A stretch of 64,000 bases of DNA from Candidatus Latescibacterota bacterium (GTDB lineage Bacteria > Latescibacterota > UBA2968 > GCA-2709665): NCBI GenBank assembly GCA_965222075.1, contig OZ244937.1, positions 128,001-192,000 of the forward strand, written 5' to 3'. Under the pieces are notes generated by a model. It was not told the DNA's origin. It was given only the letters and a program-made list of their open reading frames with translations, and did no database searches. The position numbers were made by a program, and so were the translations under genes. How positions within the stretch are numbered: the first letter of the stretch is position 1; every line of letters begins with the position of its first letter. Positions 10,001 through 18,943 of this stretch are shown one piece after another.

Positions 10001-10131
10001 CCAACTACATCCGGTGGGGGCTGAAGACGCCCACCCCGAACGATAGCAATTATCTGAAGTACGGCGACTCGAACTTCAGGCGGGGCAGCACGCCAAGGTA
10101 TGTGAACCTGGGAGTGCGGGTCGGCTTCTGA
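7081..10131 (+). CDS. TonB-dependent receptor with N-terminal carboxypeptidase-regulatory-like domain (copy 1)
   Basis: Signal peptide; GKITGRVTD...LPGANVVIE...GATSDSDGFY; EIVVTAERP TonB-box region; plug end AGVINIVSREG; SPRIGLSHPIT; EVFNLFN; C-terminal GVRVGF. Confidence 0.92.
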   Translation: MNRIFLVIGMVAALCISAGQAWSQSSYGKITGRVTDASGEILPGANVVIEDTRFGATSDSDGFYVMIGVEPGLYKLKASMVGYEAVVRQGVKVAAGLTTVANFTLRESAIEAAEIVVTAERPLVEVDRTSSETKISSQEIAQVPIIRDVRSHLQYAVGTNVNDSPGNGVRIRHMSYYSMRAAQTWTFDGIELMNLDTSQQTAPRQYTNLPVTSIGEMGLVRGGADASQASSPAGVINIVSREGSRIYRGGIDLRIEPPGRRHRGANVYDATPGQAGGANGYWRDKLQWNNPEWVNETDPETGQQIHVRQDYEGAIGHLVEGWVSGPLADNVTFVLSGKTSRSKQTLPGPTRVGLRQNSVFGKLSFTPTSNLKLKVGYNHSNEPTFFGDTNRGVNSNLFLINGTTGYEQKRVNQIFYVTGTHSLSPRMFHEFQVAYFGTKTEPDGTVDGTTTSWRRDALGQFNLDRERRRIVVEDNRRYNLRYDFTGQLTRRNLFKAGFVFQNLNNLNWDYNRSSATNATIKIMAKNSEPGQRYTVNRLAAYVDEKLEFQGMVVHAGLRFDSFWGGPERTLAGFMKALPGWRTYKAWRTGRVPLEQTRPMTSLSPRIGLSHPITDRSTVRYSYGVYYKPPQFSLLWLEPWTTSDAQNHPELDDVWFDLNWIGGGQWRLDGGYQNPGGLPNTAEFEVTGEWNFISDFVMELSTYYRRTERVGSGGVHRFIDPVQTLAYVGHRGPNARLETKGIEVGFTKAFSHNFSFRVGLDVSWALFNWSGGSQLLVHTYPDSNFIAGPNYFTVDANDDPVRLTADEIRTIGRRANDIIRKLQADGTTFAGAWGTNRLDTLRPWYEYPGLSESEKQRMENLYFQDVWRQVDAFRGQPPTTNASFQFLWSTPMDWGGAWRPLLGGVQANLVWRIDNGGQFQITLPGTSVQTARNRPVFVRTDMNVQKSFRIGSVTPTLYMEVFNLFNTYYDSSSGANYIRWGLKTPTPNDSNYLKYGDSNFRRGSTPRYVNLGVRVGF

Positions 10132-10143
10132 GAATGGGTACGA

Positions 10144-10171
10144 TGTCGGGGCGACGAAGGTCGCCTCGACA
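10144..10171 (+). other. Intergenic stem-loop between receptor 1 and CTD protein 1
   Basis: TGTCGGGGCGAC-GAAG-GTCGCCTCGACA forms a 12-bp stem with one G.U pair and no U-tract. Confidence 0.6.
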
Positions 10172-10192
10172 CAAACAGGTGGGAGAGATTCG

Positions 10193-12721
10193 ATGAGACG
10201 CATATTCGCATTTGCGGGCGCGCTGTTGATTGCGGGCGCGCTCTGGTGTCCGGCCAAGGCGCAGCGCCCGACCTTTTCCAATGCGGCCGGACAGTCGCTG
10301 ACTCCCCGTCAGCTGACCCGGGGCACGCTTTGGCACAGTTACCTGAGCACCGGCGCAGAGGGGGCGCGGCCGGTGGAGGGGAACTACGCTGGGCTTTACC
10401 TGGATCTGGCCTATCCGGGCTTCGCGCTGATCAGCTGGGGCGGGGGGGGGACGAACGACTTTTCGGCCTATTACGGGGAGCAGCGGAACGCCGGGAGCAT
10501 GCACGTGGACCTGTCGTCGCACAACGGCCGCGGGCACGGGTGGTGGATCGGCACGAAGGTGAACGGCCAGGCGGTGGTGACCTGGGCCAACCCCCTCATC
10601 CCGGCGATGGAGGAGAGCGAGGATGTGGTTGCGATGGCGGTGGATCCATCTGTCGATTTCGGGGGCCGGTATTCAAGCCTCGGGAACGATGTGATCAGCC
10701 CAAACACGGGTCGGGCGATGGCCAACTGGTGGCCCGGCACCGGGGTGGAACTGGATGCGCTGGAGCCAAGGGAGATTTTGAACTACCACATCGGGCAGTA
10801 CAACAGCCCCCTGGTGGACAATGTTCCGGAAGACATCATTCTGAGCAAGTGGACGACGGGTCTGGGCATCACCGGAGAGAAGGCGGCCTTCGCCTGGAAC
10901 CACCCGGACTACGACGATTTTGTGATCACGGAGTGGGTGTTTGAAAACACGGGGGATACGGACGGGGATCGGGCGGCCGACCTGCCGGGGGGAGGCCACG
11001 CCCTTGAGAATGTGTATTTCTCCTTTCACCACCGTTTTATGCCCTCCTCCTCCGGGGTTTCCCGGACGAGCTACAGGGCCTACTACTCCGACTATGGCAC
11101 GGGAGACGGGTGCAGCAGCAACTTCGGGCCGCTGGACAATTCCCAGGACGACAAGATCAAGTACACGGAGTCGCCCAATTACGACGGCCCGGGGACGGCC
11201 CGGGGGCTGAGGCTGACCTACCAGTACGACTGGGACAACTTCTGCCTCACCGGGCCGCTGGCCGATGATATCGGCGACCCGTATCGCTCCGAACTGAGGT
11301 GCTCCCAGTGTACGTTTCCCAGTCTTACCAGAGTGGGGGACATCACATCGCCCGCCTGGATCGGGAAGGCGCCCATCGACGTGGACCCGACGGACGGGTT
11401 CGTGGGAGACAGCGAGGTGTACGAGGCGCCCAAGGTGGCGCAGCAGCCGTTTGCTTACAACTTCTTCCATTTTCTGTACCGATATCCTTCCAGCGCGTCG
11501 GCGGCCATCGGGTTCTTCACCGATGAGCCGAACCCGAACGAGATGAACCACGAGACGCTCTACCAGATGCTCATCAGCACGCCGGACCCGTCCTACTTCA
11601 ACGAGCCGCTGTTAGAGCGCCAAAGCCGGGGATCGGGCAACCCCAACCTGGGGGTGCCGCTCCTCGCCGTGCCGGATAACCCGACCGAGCCGATGCCCTA
11701 TATGCCTGTTCCCACCTGGGAGTGGGAGGGTCGGCACGGGATTGCGGCTGCGTACACGCCCATGGAGACCTACGGTCCCTACGACCTGGCGCCGGGCCAG
11801 AAGGTGAAGTTCGTGTTCGCATACGTGGGAGGCGCTCCGGTGACCGAGAACTTCCGGACCTATCAACAGGCGGGAAACACCAGCGAACTGAAAAAGGAGG
11901 AGGACGGAGCGGCTTTTACCAACCTGCTCAACCACCTGAAGAAGGCGAAGGAGGCCTACGAACTGGGCTACGACCTGCCCAACCAGCCGCCGGACGTGGA
12001 CGCGTGGGTGGGGTCCTCGGAGAATGCGCAAAACCTGGTCACCTGGAAGGGCGACCCGGAGAAGTCGAGCAACCCGGACACGGGCAGCCCGGACGTGGCG
12101 GGCTACCGGGTGTATCAGTCGGCAACCCAGCCCGGCCTCTGGAATCAGATTGCGGATGTGCCCGCGAACGGTTCGGCGGAATACTCATTTGAGGACAACC
12201 AGTCGCTGGCGGGGTTTGAATACTATTATACCGTGCGTTCCTATCAGGGCAGCGCGAACACCGCATTTGTCAGCGACGTGACGGGCCAGACTGTTGAGGG
12301 CGGCGTCTCGGCCTACGAATCCGGATCCGGGGACGCGTCGACCTATTACCTGCCTTCCAGCGGGGCCAGCCCGGACAGCCCGGTGCAGGTGCCTTCGAGC
12401 GGCGCAGATCTGCTGGATAAAGACATCCTCATTGTGCCCAACCCCTACACTCCGGACAGCCCGCATACCTATGAGGCCTCGACCAAGATCCGCATCCTGA
12501 ACGTGCCCAGGAAGGCCAAGATCCGGATCTTTTCCGTGGCCGGGGATCTGGTGGGGGAGATCGATCACGATTCGCAGAGTGTGGGCGAGGCGGCTTACTT
12601 CCAGTTCAACAGGACGCATATTACCCAGCTGACCTTCGGGGTCTACTTTGTGACCGTCGAGTCCCTGTTGCCCGAGAGCCAGGGCAAGATCAAGGGCACC
12701 AAGTTCGTGATTATTCGTTAA
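10193..12721 (+). CDS. Large secreted protein with FN3-like domain and T9SS-like C-terminal domain (copy 1)
   Basis: Signal peptide (AKA|QR); ENTGDTDGD; FN3-like DVAGYRVY...YYYTVRSY; CTD ILIVPNPY...IRILNVP..AKIRIFSVAGDLV..IDH...GVYFVTVES...KFVIIR. Confidence 0.85.
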   Translation: MRRIFAFAGALLIAGALWCPAKAQRPTFSNAAGQSLTPRQLTRGTLWHSYLSTGAEGARPVEGNYAGLYLDLAYPGFALISWGGGGTNDFSAYYGEQRNAGSMHVDLSSHNGRGHGWWIGTKVNGQAVVTWANPLIPAMEESEDVVAMAVDPSVDFGGRYSSLGNDVISPNTGRAMANWWPGTGVELDALEPREILNYHIGQYNSPLVDNVPEDIILSKWTTGLGITGEKAAFAWNHPDYDDFVITEWVFENTGDTDGDRAADLPGGGHALENVYFSFHHRFMPSSSGVSRTSYRAYYSDYGTGDGCSSNFGPLDNSQDDKIKYTESPNYDGPGTARGLRLTYQYDWDNFCLTGPLADDIGDPYRSELRCSQCTFPSLTRVGDITSPAWIGKAPIDVDPTDGFVGDSEVYEAPKVAQQPFAYNFFHFLYRYPSSASAAIGFFTDEPNPNEMNHETLYQMLISTPDPSYFNEPLLERQSRGSGNPNLGVPLLAVPDNPTEPMPYMPVPTWEWEGRHGIAAAYTPMETYGPYDLAPGQKVKFVFAYVGGAPVTENFRTYQQAGNTSELKKEEDGAAFTNLLNHLKKAKEAYELGYDLPNQPPDVDAWVGSSENAQNLVTWKGDPEKSSNPDTGSPDVAGYRVYQSATQPGLWNQIADVPANGSAEYSFEDNQSLAGFEYYYTVRSYQGSANTAFVSDVTGQTVEGGVSAYESGSGDASTYYLPSSGASPDSPVQVPSSGADLLDKDILIVPNPYTPDSPHTYEASTKIRILNVPRKAKIRIFSVAGDLVGEIDHDSQSVGEAAYFQFNRTHITQLTFGVYFVTVESLLPESQGKIKGTKFVIIR

Positions 12722-12733
12722 GGAGAGATTGTT

Positions 12734-13702
12734 ATGCGGAGCATTCATCAGATCGGATTTGCGGCGCTCTTCGGTGTTCTGGCCCTCTCCGCACCGGCGC
12801 TGGCGGATATCTCGAACCAGACCCCGGTGGGCGAGACCTACGCCACCTTTTTAGAGGTGGCCCAGGGCGCGAGGGCCGCAGGAATGGGAGACGCCTATGT
12901 GGCCGTATCGGACGACATCAATGCCGTGTTCTGGAACCCGGCCGGACTGTCGGCCATGCCGGCGAACCGGTTCCAGTTTATGTTCACCAACACCCGGTGG
13001 CTCCTGGAGTCGAATTTTAATTCCGGAGCCGTGGGCATCAATTCCAGCTACGGGGCGTTTGCCTTGAGTATGGTGACGTTCTCAACCGGTGACATCGAGG
13101 AGACGACCATTTTCGACCCGCAGGGAACGGGCCGCACGCTGGATACCGGGGCCTGGGCCGTGGGTGGGGCCTATGCCAAGCGGTTCACAGACCGGTTTTC
13201 CATTGGTTTCCAGATGCGGGTGATCCAGGAAAGGCTGGACAGGGACGTCGACTACAGGACGTTCGACCTGGCGGTGGGGACCTTTTACCACACCGGCTTC
13301 CGGAGCCTTCGAATCGCCATGTCGCTGCGGAACTTCGGGAAAGACATAGTGCTTCTGACGGACGAGGCGATCCGGGGTAAGATGCCCGTTTCCTTCAGCC
13401 TGGCGACGGCCGCCGAGGTGTACGGGGAGCGGGGCGACGACGTTTCGCTGACCGGGGCTCTTGAGGCGCTCTACAACGTGAGCGTTGAGCGGCGGGTGCA
13501 TGTGGGAGGGGAACTCTGGCTGCGGAACATTATCGCGCTGCGGGGCGGATACAAGTGGAACTACGATGTGCAGGACTTTACCGCCGGGGCGGGGGTGCGG
13601 CTGCAGCGGGGCATACACTACTTACAGGTCGATTTTGCCTGGGTGAAGTTCGATAAGTTCCCCACCAACCCCCTGCGGTTCTCCCTGACGGGATCGTTCT
13701 GA
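12734..13702 (+). CDS. PorV/PorQ-family outer-membrane barrel (copy 1)
   Basis: ATFLEVAQGARAAGMGDAYVAVSDDINAVFWNPAGL PorV-type N-terminal motif; ALRGGY; C-terminal RFSLTGSF. Confidence 0.9.
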   Translation: MRSIHQIGFAALFGVLALSAPALADISNQTPVGETYATFLEVAQGARAAGMGDAYVAVSDDINAVFWNPAGLSAMPANRFQFMFTNTRWLLESNFNSGAVGINSSYGAFALSMVTFSTGDIEETTIFDPQGTGRTLDTGAWAVGGAYAKRFTDRFSIGFQMRVIQERLDRDVDYRTFDLAVGTFYHTGFRSLRIAMSLRNFGKDIVLLTDEAIRGKMPVSFSLATAAEVYGERGDDVSLTGALEALYNVSVERRVHVGGELWLRNIIALRGGYKWNYDVQDFTAGAGVRLQRGIHYLQVDFAWVKFDKFPTNPLRFSLTGSF

Positions 13703-13739
13703 TCCCGCAGGTGCGGGGCAGTACCATTGACGTGAACCC

Positions 13740-13785
13740 GATAGGCGGCTTTTGTTGATTGTGACAGGGCCGCCTATCTGTTTAT
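13740..13785 (+). terminator. Putative intrinsic terminator after PorV copy 1
   Basis: GATAGGCGGC (13740-13749) and GCCGCCTATC (13769-13778) are a perfect inverted repeat, followed by TGTTTAT. Confidence 0.65.
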
Positions 13786-13804
13786 ATAAGGGTGTGACGG
13801 CATT

Positions 13805-16570
13805 ATGATGAATTGCAGATCGGTTTTGTTGCATTGGGTTCTGGGAGGCGTCCTGGTGGCACTCTGGCCGGAAACGGACCTGACCGCCGGGACATCCCTT
13901 AAGGATCTGGAGGCGGTTTACACGCGCGGGCTGAAGGCCCGGGACGTGCAGACGATTGTGGCGGCGGCAGTGAAGTTGGAGGAGGCCGTGCAGGACCATC
14001 CGGACCTTGTGGGGCTACTGATGAACCGGGCCGGTATGCTCTATTTGCGAGTGGGAAGGTCCAGGAATGCGCTTATGGCGTTTACACGCGCGGTGAGGTT
14101 CGACCCGAAGCTGGCCACCGCGCACTGCGGCCTGGGCCGGGTCTACCTGGAACTGGCGGGCGACGCGCAAGGGGCGTTGCCCCACCTGAAAGCGGCGCTG
14201 CGGGCGGATTCCACGTATACCTGGACGTACGTTTTTCTGGCCCGGGCGCTGGCGCAGATCGGACAGGACCACCTGAAGGCGGGGGCGGCGGACAGCGCCC
14301 GGACGGCGTTTCAGGACGCGCTTGGGCACGATCCGAAGCTGGCGGCTGCGCACTGCGGGTTGGGCCGGGTCTATCTGGAGTTGGAGGAAGACGCGCAAGG
14401 GGCGTTGCCCCACCTGAAAGCGGCGCTGCGGGCGGATTCCACGTACGCGGAGGGCCACTATTTTCTGGCCCGGGCCTACCAGAGCGCCGAACGACCCGGG
14501 GCGAGGCGGGCCGCTGACCGGGCGATCCGGTACGATCCGACGTACGCCCCGGCCTACCTGCTGCTGGCCGAGTCGCACCGGGAGGAGGGCAACCGGCTGG
14601 CGACGATGCTTTATTATCAAAAGTACCTGGAGCAGAGACCGGCAGACCAGGAACCGGCGCTGGCGTTTGTCCGGGATCAGCTGAGGGAGGGGCGGTTCAA
14701 GGAGGTGGAAATCCTCACCTCTCTGATGACGGACGATCGGGCACTGCCCCTGCTGGCGCAGGCGCTGATGGGCCGGGGCGACCACGAAGGGGCCATGCGG
14801 GCGTTTAAACTCTATATCGACGGCCTGAACCCGGAGGCGCAGGCGCTCTACCTGGATGTGGCCCTGGTAGGGCTTCCTCACGAGATCGAAGCTTATAACA
14901 GGACGCCTCCGGAGAAGCGAGAGGCGTTCCTCCAGCAGTTCTGGCTGCGCCACGATCCGTTCAAGGCCTCCAGGGGGGCCATGCGCCGTGCGGAGCACTA
15001 CCGGCGGGTCTGGCACGCCCGGACCTTGTATGGGGAAAAAAAGTGGCCCTGGGACCGCCGTGGGGAAGTCTACATCCGGTACGGGGAGCCGGACTACCGC
15101 TCCTCTTCGCTGCAGCCGAACCCCCAGGTGCCTCCCGAGGTCGAGCGCGTGCAGGACCATATGGCCTACCAGCTCTACGGCACCCAGGGGCTGGGAATTA
15201 CCTTTGTGGGGCCGGTCTTTCCCATCCGGACGGATCTGGGTTCTTTTATGGAACCCAGTGAAGACATCCGGCGCGACCTGCAGGCTGCGGTGATCGAGGA
15301 GCTCGACCTGGCCGTGGCGGCTCCGGATGAGAATGAGTCCGGTTTCGGGGGAAATCCCGCTGCGGCGCCCCGGGAGCTTGTGGACCTGGAAGACTCCCCC
15401 ATCGAGGCGGGCATTGACCTGGATCCTGAGTTTGCTATCGGGCTGAGCGGGTGGAAGCCGGTGACCATAGGGCACAACTGGGCGTCCGTGTCCTGGGAGG
15501 TGTGGGTGTATGCCGATGTGGGGAAGGGCTTGGAGGTCGCCTTTACGGATGAACGCAATTCGGGCGTGTACGACTATGCCCCGGTCCCCGGTGTGGACAG
15601 TGAGGACCTGAAGCGACTGGACAAAGACCGGCACGTGGGAGAGCTGGCTTATCTGCGCATGTTTCAGCGGCTCACGGAGTTTGCCCCTGCAACCCGGGTG
15701 GCGATGGTGTCGCGGGAGCAGCCGGAACGCTACAGCCTGACCGGTTTCGAGCCGCTCGACTTCGCCTACGATGTGGTCTCTTTCCGGGGGCAGGATGGCA
15801 GGACGGAATTACAGGTGAACGTGGGCATCCCGATCGAGCACGTGGTGATGCCCGGGGATACCGATACCAGCGTGCTGGTCAACCGCCGGGTCGCGCTGAT
15901 TGACAGCCGGCAGACCCAGGTGTTGCCCGCGCAGCAGGATCTGGAAGTGCCGATTTCCGGGCCGAAGCGGGACCGGGCGCTGCTGGACCGGGTGGACCTG
16001 GTCAACGTTACGCCGGGGGACTACGAGCTGGCCGTGCAGGTGCAGCGCCACAACACGAACCGACTGCAGGCCTACGTGCAGGAGCTGCCGGTGGAGGATT
16101 ACTCGGGCGACGCGCTGAAGCTGAGCGACCTGTTTGTGGCCCAGCATGTGGGCGCGGCCGGGCTCGCGCCGGATCCCAAGTTTGTCCGGGGGGAGTGGAC
16201 GATTACCCCCTTGCCGTCGCACGTGTTCAGGACCGGGCAGCACGTGTTTGTTTTTTTTGAAATTTACAACCTGAACCGGGATACGTTTGGGGCCACGCAT
16301 TACGAGGTGACCTACGGGGTTCACAGTACCGATGAAAGCGGAACCCGTTTCTTCCCCCTGCTGACGCGGGTTATGGGGCGGTCGGAATCGGGGGTGACGG
16401 TCCGTTACGAACAGACGGGCACGGAGGCATCCGTCTCGGATTACGCGGAGTTAGATATCGGAGAGGCTGCGGAGGGACGCTACAGGGTCCGGATAACGGT
16501 GAAGGACCTGAACAGCGGGCAGGAGGTGACCAGGGAAGGGCTGTTCTGGGTCAAGGCGCCATCCGGATGA
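13805..16570 (+). CDS. GWxTD-domain protein with N-terminal TPRs and C-terminal Ig-like domains
   Basis: Signal peptide and TPRs; FLQQFWLRHDP...EHYRRVWHARTLYG...WDRRGEVYIRYGEPD; WEVWVY; LKLSDL; VFFEIYNL. Confidence 0.85.
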   Translation: MMNCRSVLLHWVLGGVLVALWPETDLTAGTSLKDLEAVYTRGLKARDVQTIVAAAVKLEEAVQDHPDLVGLLMNRAGMLYLRVGRSRNALMAFTRAVRFDPKLATAHCGLGRVYLELAGDAQGALPHLKAALRADSTYTWTYVFLARALAQIGQDHLKAGAADSARTAFQDALGHDPKLAAAHCGLGRVYLELEEDAQGALPHLKAALRADSTYAEGHYFLARAYQSAERPGARRAADRAIRYDPTYAPAYLLLAESHREEGNRLATMLYYQKYLEQRPADQEPALAFVRDQLREGRFKEVEILTSLMTDDRALPLLAQALMGRGDHEGAMRAFKLYIDGLNPEAQALYLDVALVGLPHEIEAYNRTPPEKREAFLQQFWLRHDPFKASRGAMRRAEHYRRVWHARTLYGEKKWPWDRRGEVYIRYGEPDYRSSSLQPNPQVPPEVERVQDHMAYQLYGTQGLGITFVGPVFPIRTDLGSFMEPSEDIRRDLQAAVIEELDLAVAAPDENESGFGGNPAAAPRELVDLEDSPIEAGIDLDPEFAIGLSGWKPVTIGHNWASVSWEVWVYADVGKGLEVAFTDERNSGVYDYAPVPGVDSEDLKRLDKDRHVGELAYLRMFQRLTEFAPATRVAMVSREQPERYSLTGFEPLDFAYDVVSFRGQDGRTELQVNVGIPIEHVVMPGDTDTSVLVNRRVALIDSRQTQVLPAQQDLEVPISGPKRDRALLDRVDLVNVTPGDYELAVQVQRHNTNRLQAYVQELPVEDYSGDALKLSDLFVAQHVGAAGLAPDPKFVRGEWTITPLPSHVFRTGQHVFVFFEIYNLNRDTFGATHYEVTYGVHSTDESGTRFFPLLTRVMGRSESGVTVRYEQTGTEASVSDYAELDIGEAAEGRYRVRITVKDLNSGQEVTREGLFWVKAPSG
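14101..14445 (+). repeat. Intragenic 228-bp-period duplication of a TPR pair
   Basis: DPKLA.AHCGLGRVYLEL..DAQGALPHLKAALRADSTY occurs twice; 56 bp are identical at 14162-14217 and 14390-14445. Confidence 0.9.
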
Positions 16571-16772
16571 AGGCGTAGACCCCTCCAGCGCCGGATGCCA
16601 ACGCGAGAGGCTTGCAGCCTCACAGACGCCATCCTCCGGAAGGGTGGCGTTCGGCTTTCGGAAAGCGATTGAAAGGAGGACTGGAGGATGGCGAAGGACC
16701 TCTTGGCGATGGCGCGGGCGCTGGGTCAGGATTCCGTCTGAAGGATGCGGGGAGCTTTTGAAGAGGCAGGCA

Positions 16773-18884
16773 ATGGCGACCAAAACGTGGATGTACAGGC
16801 ACGATGAGATCCTGACGGGACGCCCGTTCGGGTTCGACGTGGATGAGGAGGGCTGGCTGTGGGAGGGGTGCGGGAGGGACCGCCTCACGGGCCACAACCT
16901 GCGCACCGCCGCGTGTGTCCAGATTCCCGTCCCCCAGATGGGACAGCGGCCCGTCTACCAGGCCATTGCCTGGGAGGGAAAACTCGTATTGACACTGGGC
17001 GATGCGCCGTTTTACCTGGTCTTCGACCCGGCGAAGCGGACGTGCGTCCGACGCGAAATTCCTGCGGCCCGGCCCATTGTGTGGTACGGGAAAAAGGCAT
17101 CCAACGGAAAGGTGATCCTGTTTGAGCGCACGGAATCGAAGGTGCTCGTTCTGGACGGTCCCAACGCGGAGCCGCGCCCCGTGGCCTGCCCGTTCGAGGG
17201 CCAGCTCGCCGGCGGCTGGTCCCAGAGCGATGGGTACCTCTACTGCCCGCTCTCCGACCCTGCGCGGGTCGTCCGTTTCGATCCGGTAAAGGAGCGGTTT
17301 ATCGATGAGAATCGCTCGCCCTTTGCCGAGGCGACACTGGCCGGGAGCCACGAACAGGACGAGATTCTCTACCTCTGGGACACGGCCGGGGGCCGATTGC
17401 TGCCCCTGGCGTTTGAGAAGGGCACGTGGCTGGATCCCATTCCGGCGCCCGACCACGGCAGGGTCTACGGCTTTATGGGCGGCGGCTTCAGTTTTCAGGG
17501 CAGGGTCTACATCTGCCTGAGCACCTTTGCCCACCCCAGCCGGCTCGACCTGGAAACGGGAACGTGCGTTGTTCCCGAAGGTCCGCTCACCGTGGACGGG
17601 CGCCCGCCGCGGTTCCTGGACCGGTTGCTCGTGTTCGACCCCCGGATGCAGTCGTTCGATTACCTCGTTGCGCCCGAGCAGCCGGACGGCATCCCGCTGC
17701 TGTGCTACAGCTGGACGGACGGGGAACGCTTCGCAATCACGGGGATTGTGATTCCGTTTGCAGAGCCGGGAGAGCCCGGCCGGATTTTCGGGCCCTGGTT
17801 CGTTTTGCAGAGCGAGCCCGCAAAGGCGGAGCCGGGCTTTGAGCTGCCCGACGTGGCGTTCGACCGCGAGGCGCATCTGGCCCGGTATCGCCGGGGGTAC
17901 GGCGCGCCGCGGTCGCTGTACCTGCCCCACGAAGCGCATTCGCCGGCGATTATCAACATGCAGGGCCCTGCCACGGACTACCCTCCCGGTCGAGAGGCCG
18001 AAATCGTCCGCCGGGCAAAAAAGACCGACACAAACGCCTACTTGTCGCACCTGGCGGAGGTGGTGACACGGGACGCTGGAACGGATGCCGAGGCGGTGAA
18101 GCGGGTCGCGGGGTATGTGCACCAGGCCCTCTACTACAATCCTATCCAGATTCCCCACACCAGCGATCCCGTGGCGATCCTGGAATCCCACGATGCCCGC
18201 TGCGGCCAGGGGGTTGCCGTCACCCTCGCGCTTCTAAAGGCACTGGGCATCCCGGCCCGGCGCGTGCCGCTTTCGCACCATGTGGTCGCCGAAGCCACCT
18301 ACGACGGCGGCGATCACATCGTGGATGCCATGTTTTTCGGAGCAGACCAGCCTCACCGCGACGGGCGCGTGCTCTCTGTGGAAGCACTCAAGGCCGATCC
18401 CTATTTTGGGGATGCTTTTCCACAGGCGTGCTTCGCCTACGATCCGGAGCTGTTGGAGAGCACGGACGGGTTCTGGGTGCTGGGCTATGTTTTCGGCATC
18501 TGGGGATCGGAGCCTTATTATTCTTACTATCTGGGCGCGGAGAAGGAACATCCCCCGATGCTTCCCCTGGCGCTTCCGGCCCGGCGTGTGGATGGACACC
18601 GCGTCTGTCTGAACTGGGCCCGGTCTCTCAAGATGGGCGGGGGCGCAGTGGAGTACGACGTCTGTGTGTATTCGGATCGGGCATGTACGGAAGCGGTTTT
18701 TCACGTGACGACGGAGGAGACCTCAGTTGTCTATGAGGTGGAGGAGCCGAACCGGATGTATTTTGTGGAGGAGCGCGCAATGGACGGTCACCGTGAGAAG
18801 AATCCCGATACGTGGTATCCCGCCGCGCGTTCCAACTTCGTCCTGGTCCCGGAAGACCAGTACGGCTGGTACGGCGTGGTGTGA
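16773..18884 (+). CDS. Transglutaminase-like domain protein with N-terminal beta-propeller-like region and C-terminal FN3-like domain
   Basis: ARCGQ...LGIPARRVPLSHHVVAEATYDGGDHIVDA gives a Cys-His-Asp triad. Likely start is ATG 16773 (the ORF track starts at 16644). Confidence 0.75.
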   Translation: MATKTWMYRHDEILTGRPFGFDVDEEGWLWEGCGRDRLTGHNLRTAACVQIPVPQMGQRPVYQAIAWEGKLVLTLGDAPFYLVFDPAKRTCVRREIPAARPIVWYGKKASNGKVILFERTESKVLVLDGPNAEPRPVACPFEGQLAGGWSQSDGYLYCPLSDPARVVRFDPVKERFIDENRSPFAEATLAGSHEQDEILYLWDTAGGRLLPLAFEKGTWLDPIPAPDHGRVYGFMGGGFSFQGRVYICLSTFAHPSRLDLETGTCVVPEGPLTVDGRPPRFLDRLLVFDPRMQSFDYLVAPEQPDGIPLLCYSWTDGERFAITGIVIPFAEPGEPGRIFGPWFVLQSEPAKAEPGFELPDVAFDREAHLARYRRGYGAPRSLYLPHEAHSPAIINMQGPATDYPPGREAEIVRRAKKTDTNAYLSHLAEVVTRDAGTDAEAVKRVAGYVHQALYYNPIQIPHTSDPVAILESHDARCGQGVAVTLALLKALGIPARRVPLSHHVVAEATYDGGDHIVDAMFFGADQPHRDGRVLSVEALKADPYFGDAFPQACFAYDPELLESTDGFWVLGYVFGIWGSEPYYSYYLGAEKEHPPMLPLALPARRVDGHRVCLNWARSLKMGGGAVEYDVCVYSDRACTEAVFHVTTEETSVVYEVEEPNRMYFVEERAMDGHREKNPDTWYPAARSNFVLVPEDQYGWYGVV

Positions 18885-18943
18885 GGTGATGAATACGGGA
18901 TTTTTCATTTGTGCAACCGCGGGCAGTACACCGCAGAGGAACC

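Noticed and set aside
10436-10450. G9 tract in CTD protein 1 (also G8 at 74-81 and C8 at 27453-27460) as phase-variation sites
   Set aside because: In frame, short for a GC-rich genome, and not conserved in the paralogue; read-level length variation would be needed.
16560-16652. Short palindromes and hairpin (ACGCCATCCT-CCGGA-AGGGTGGCGT) as a REP/MITE element
   Set aside because: No further copies noticed in the window; could be an ordinary intergenic hairpin.
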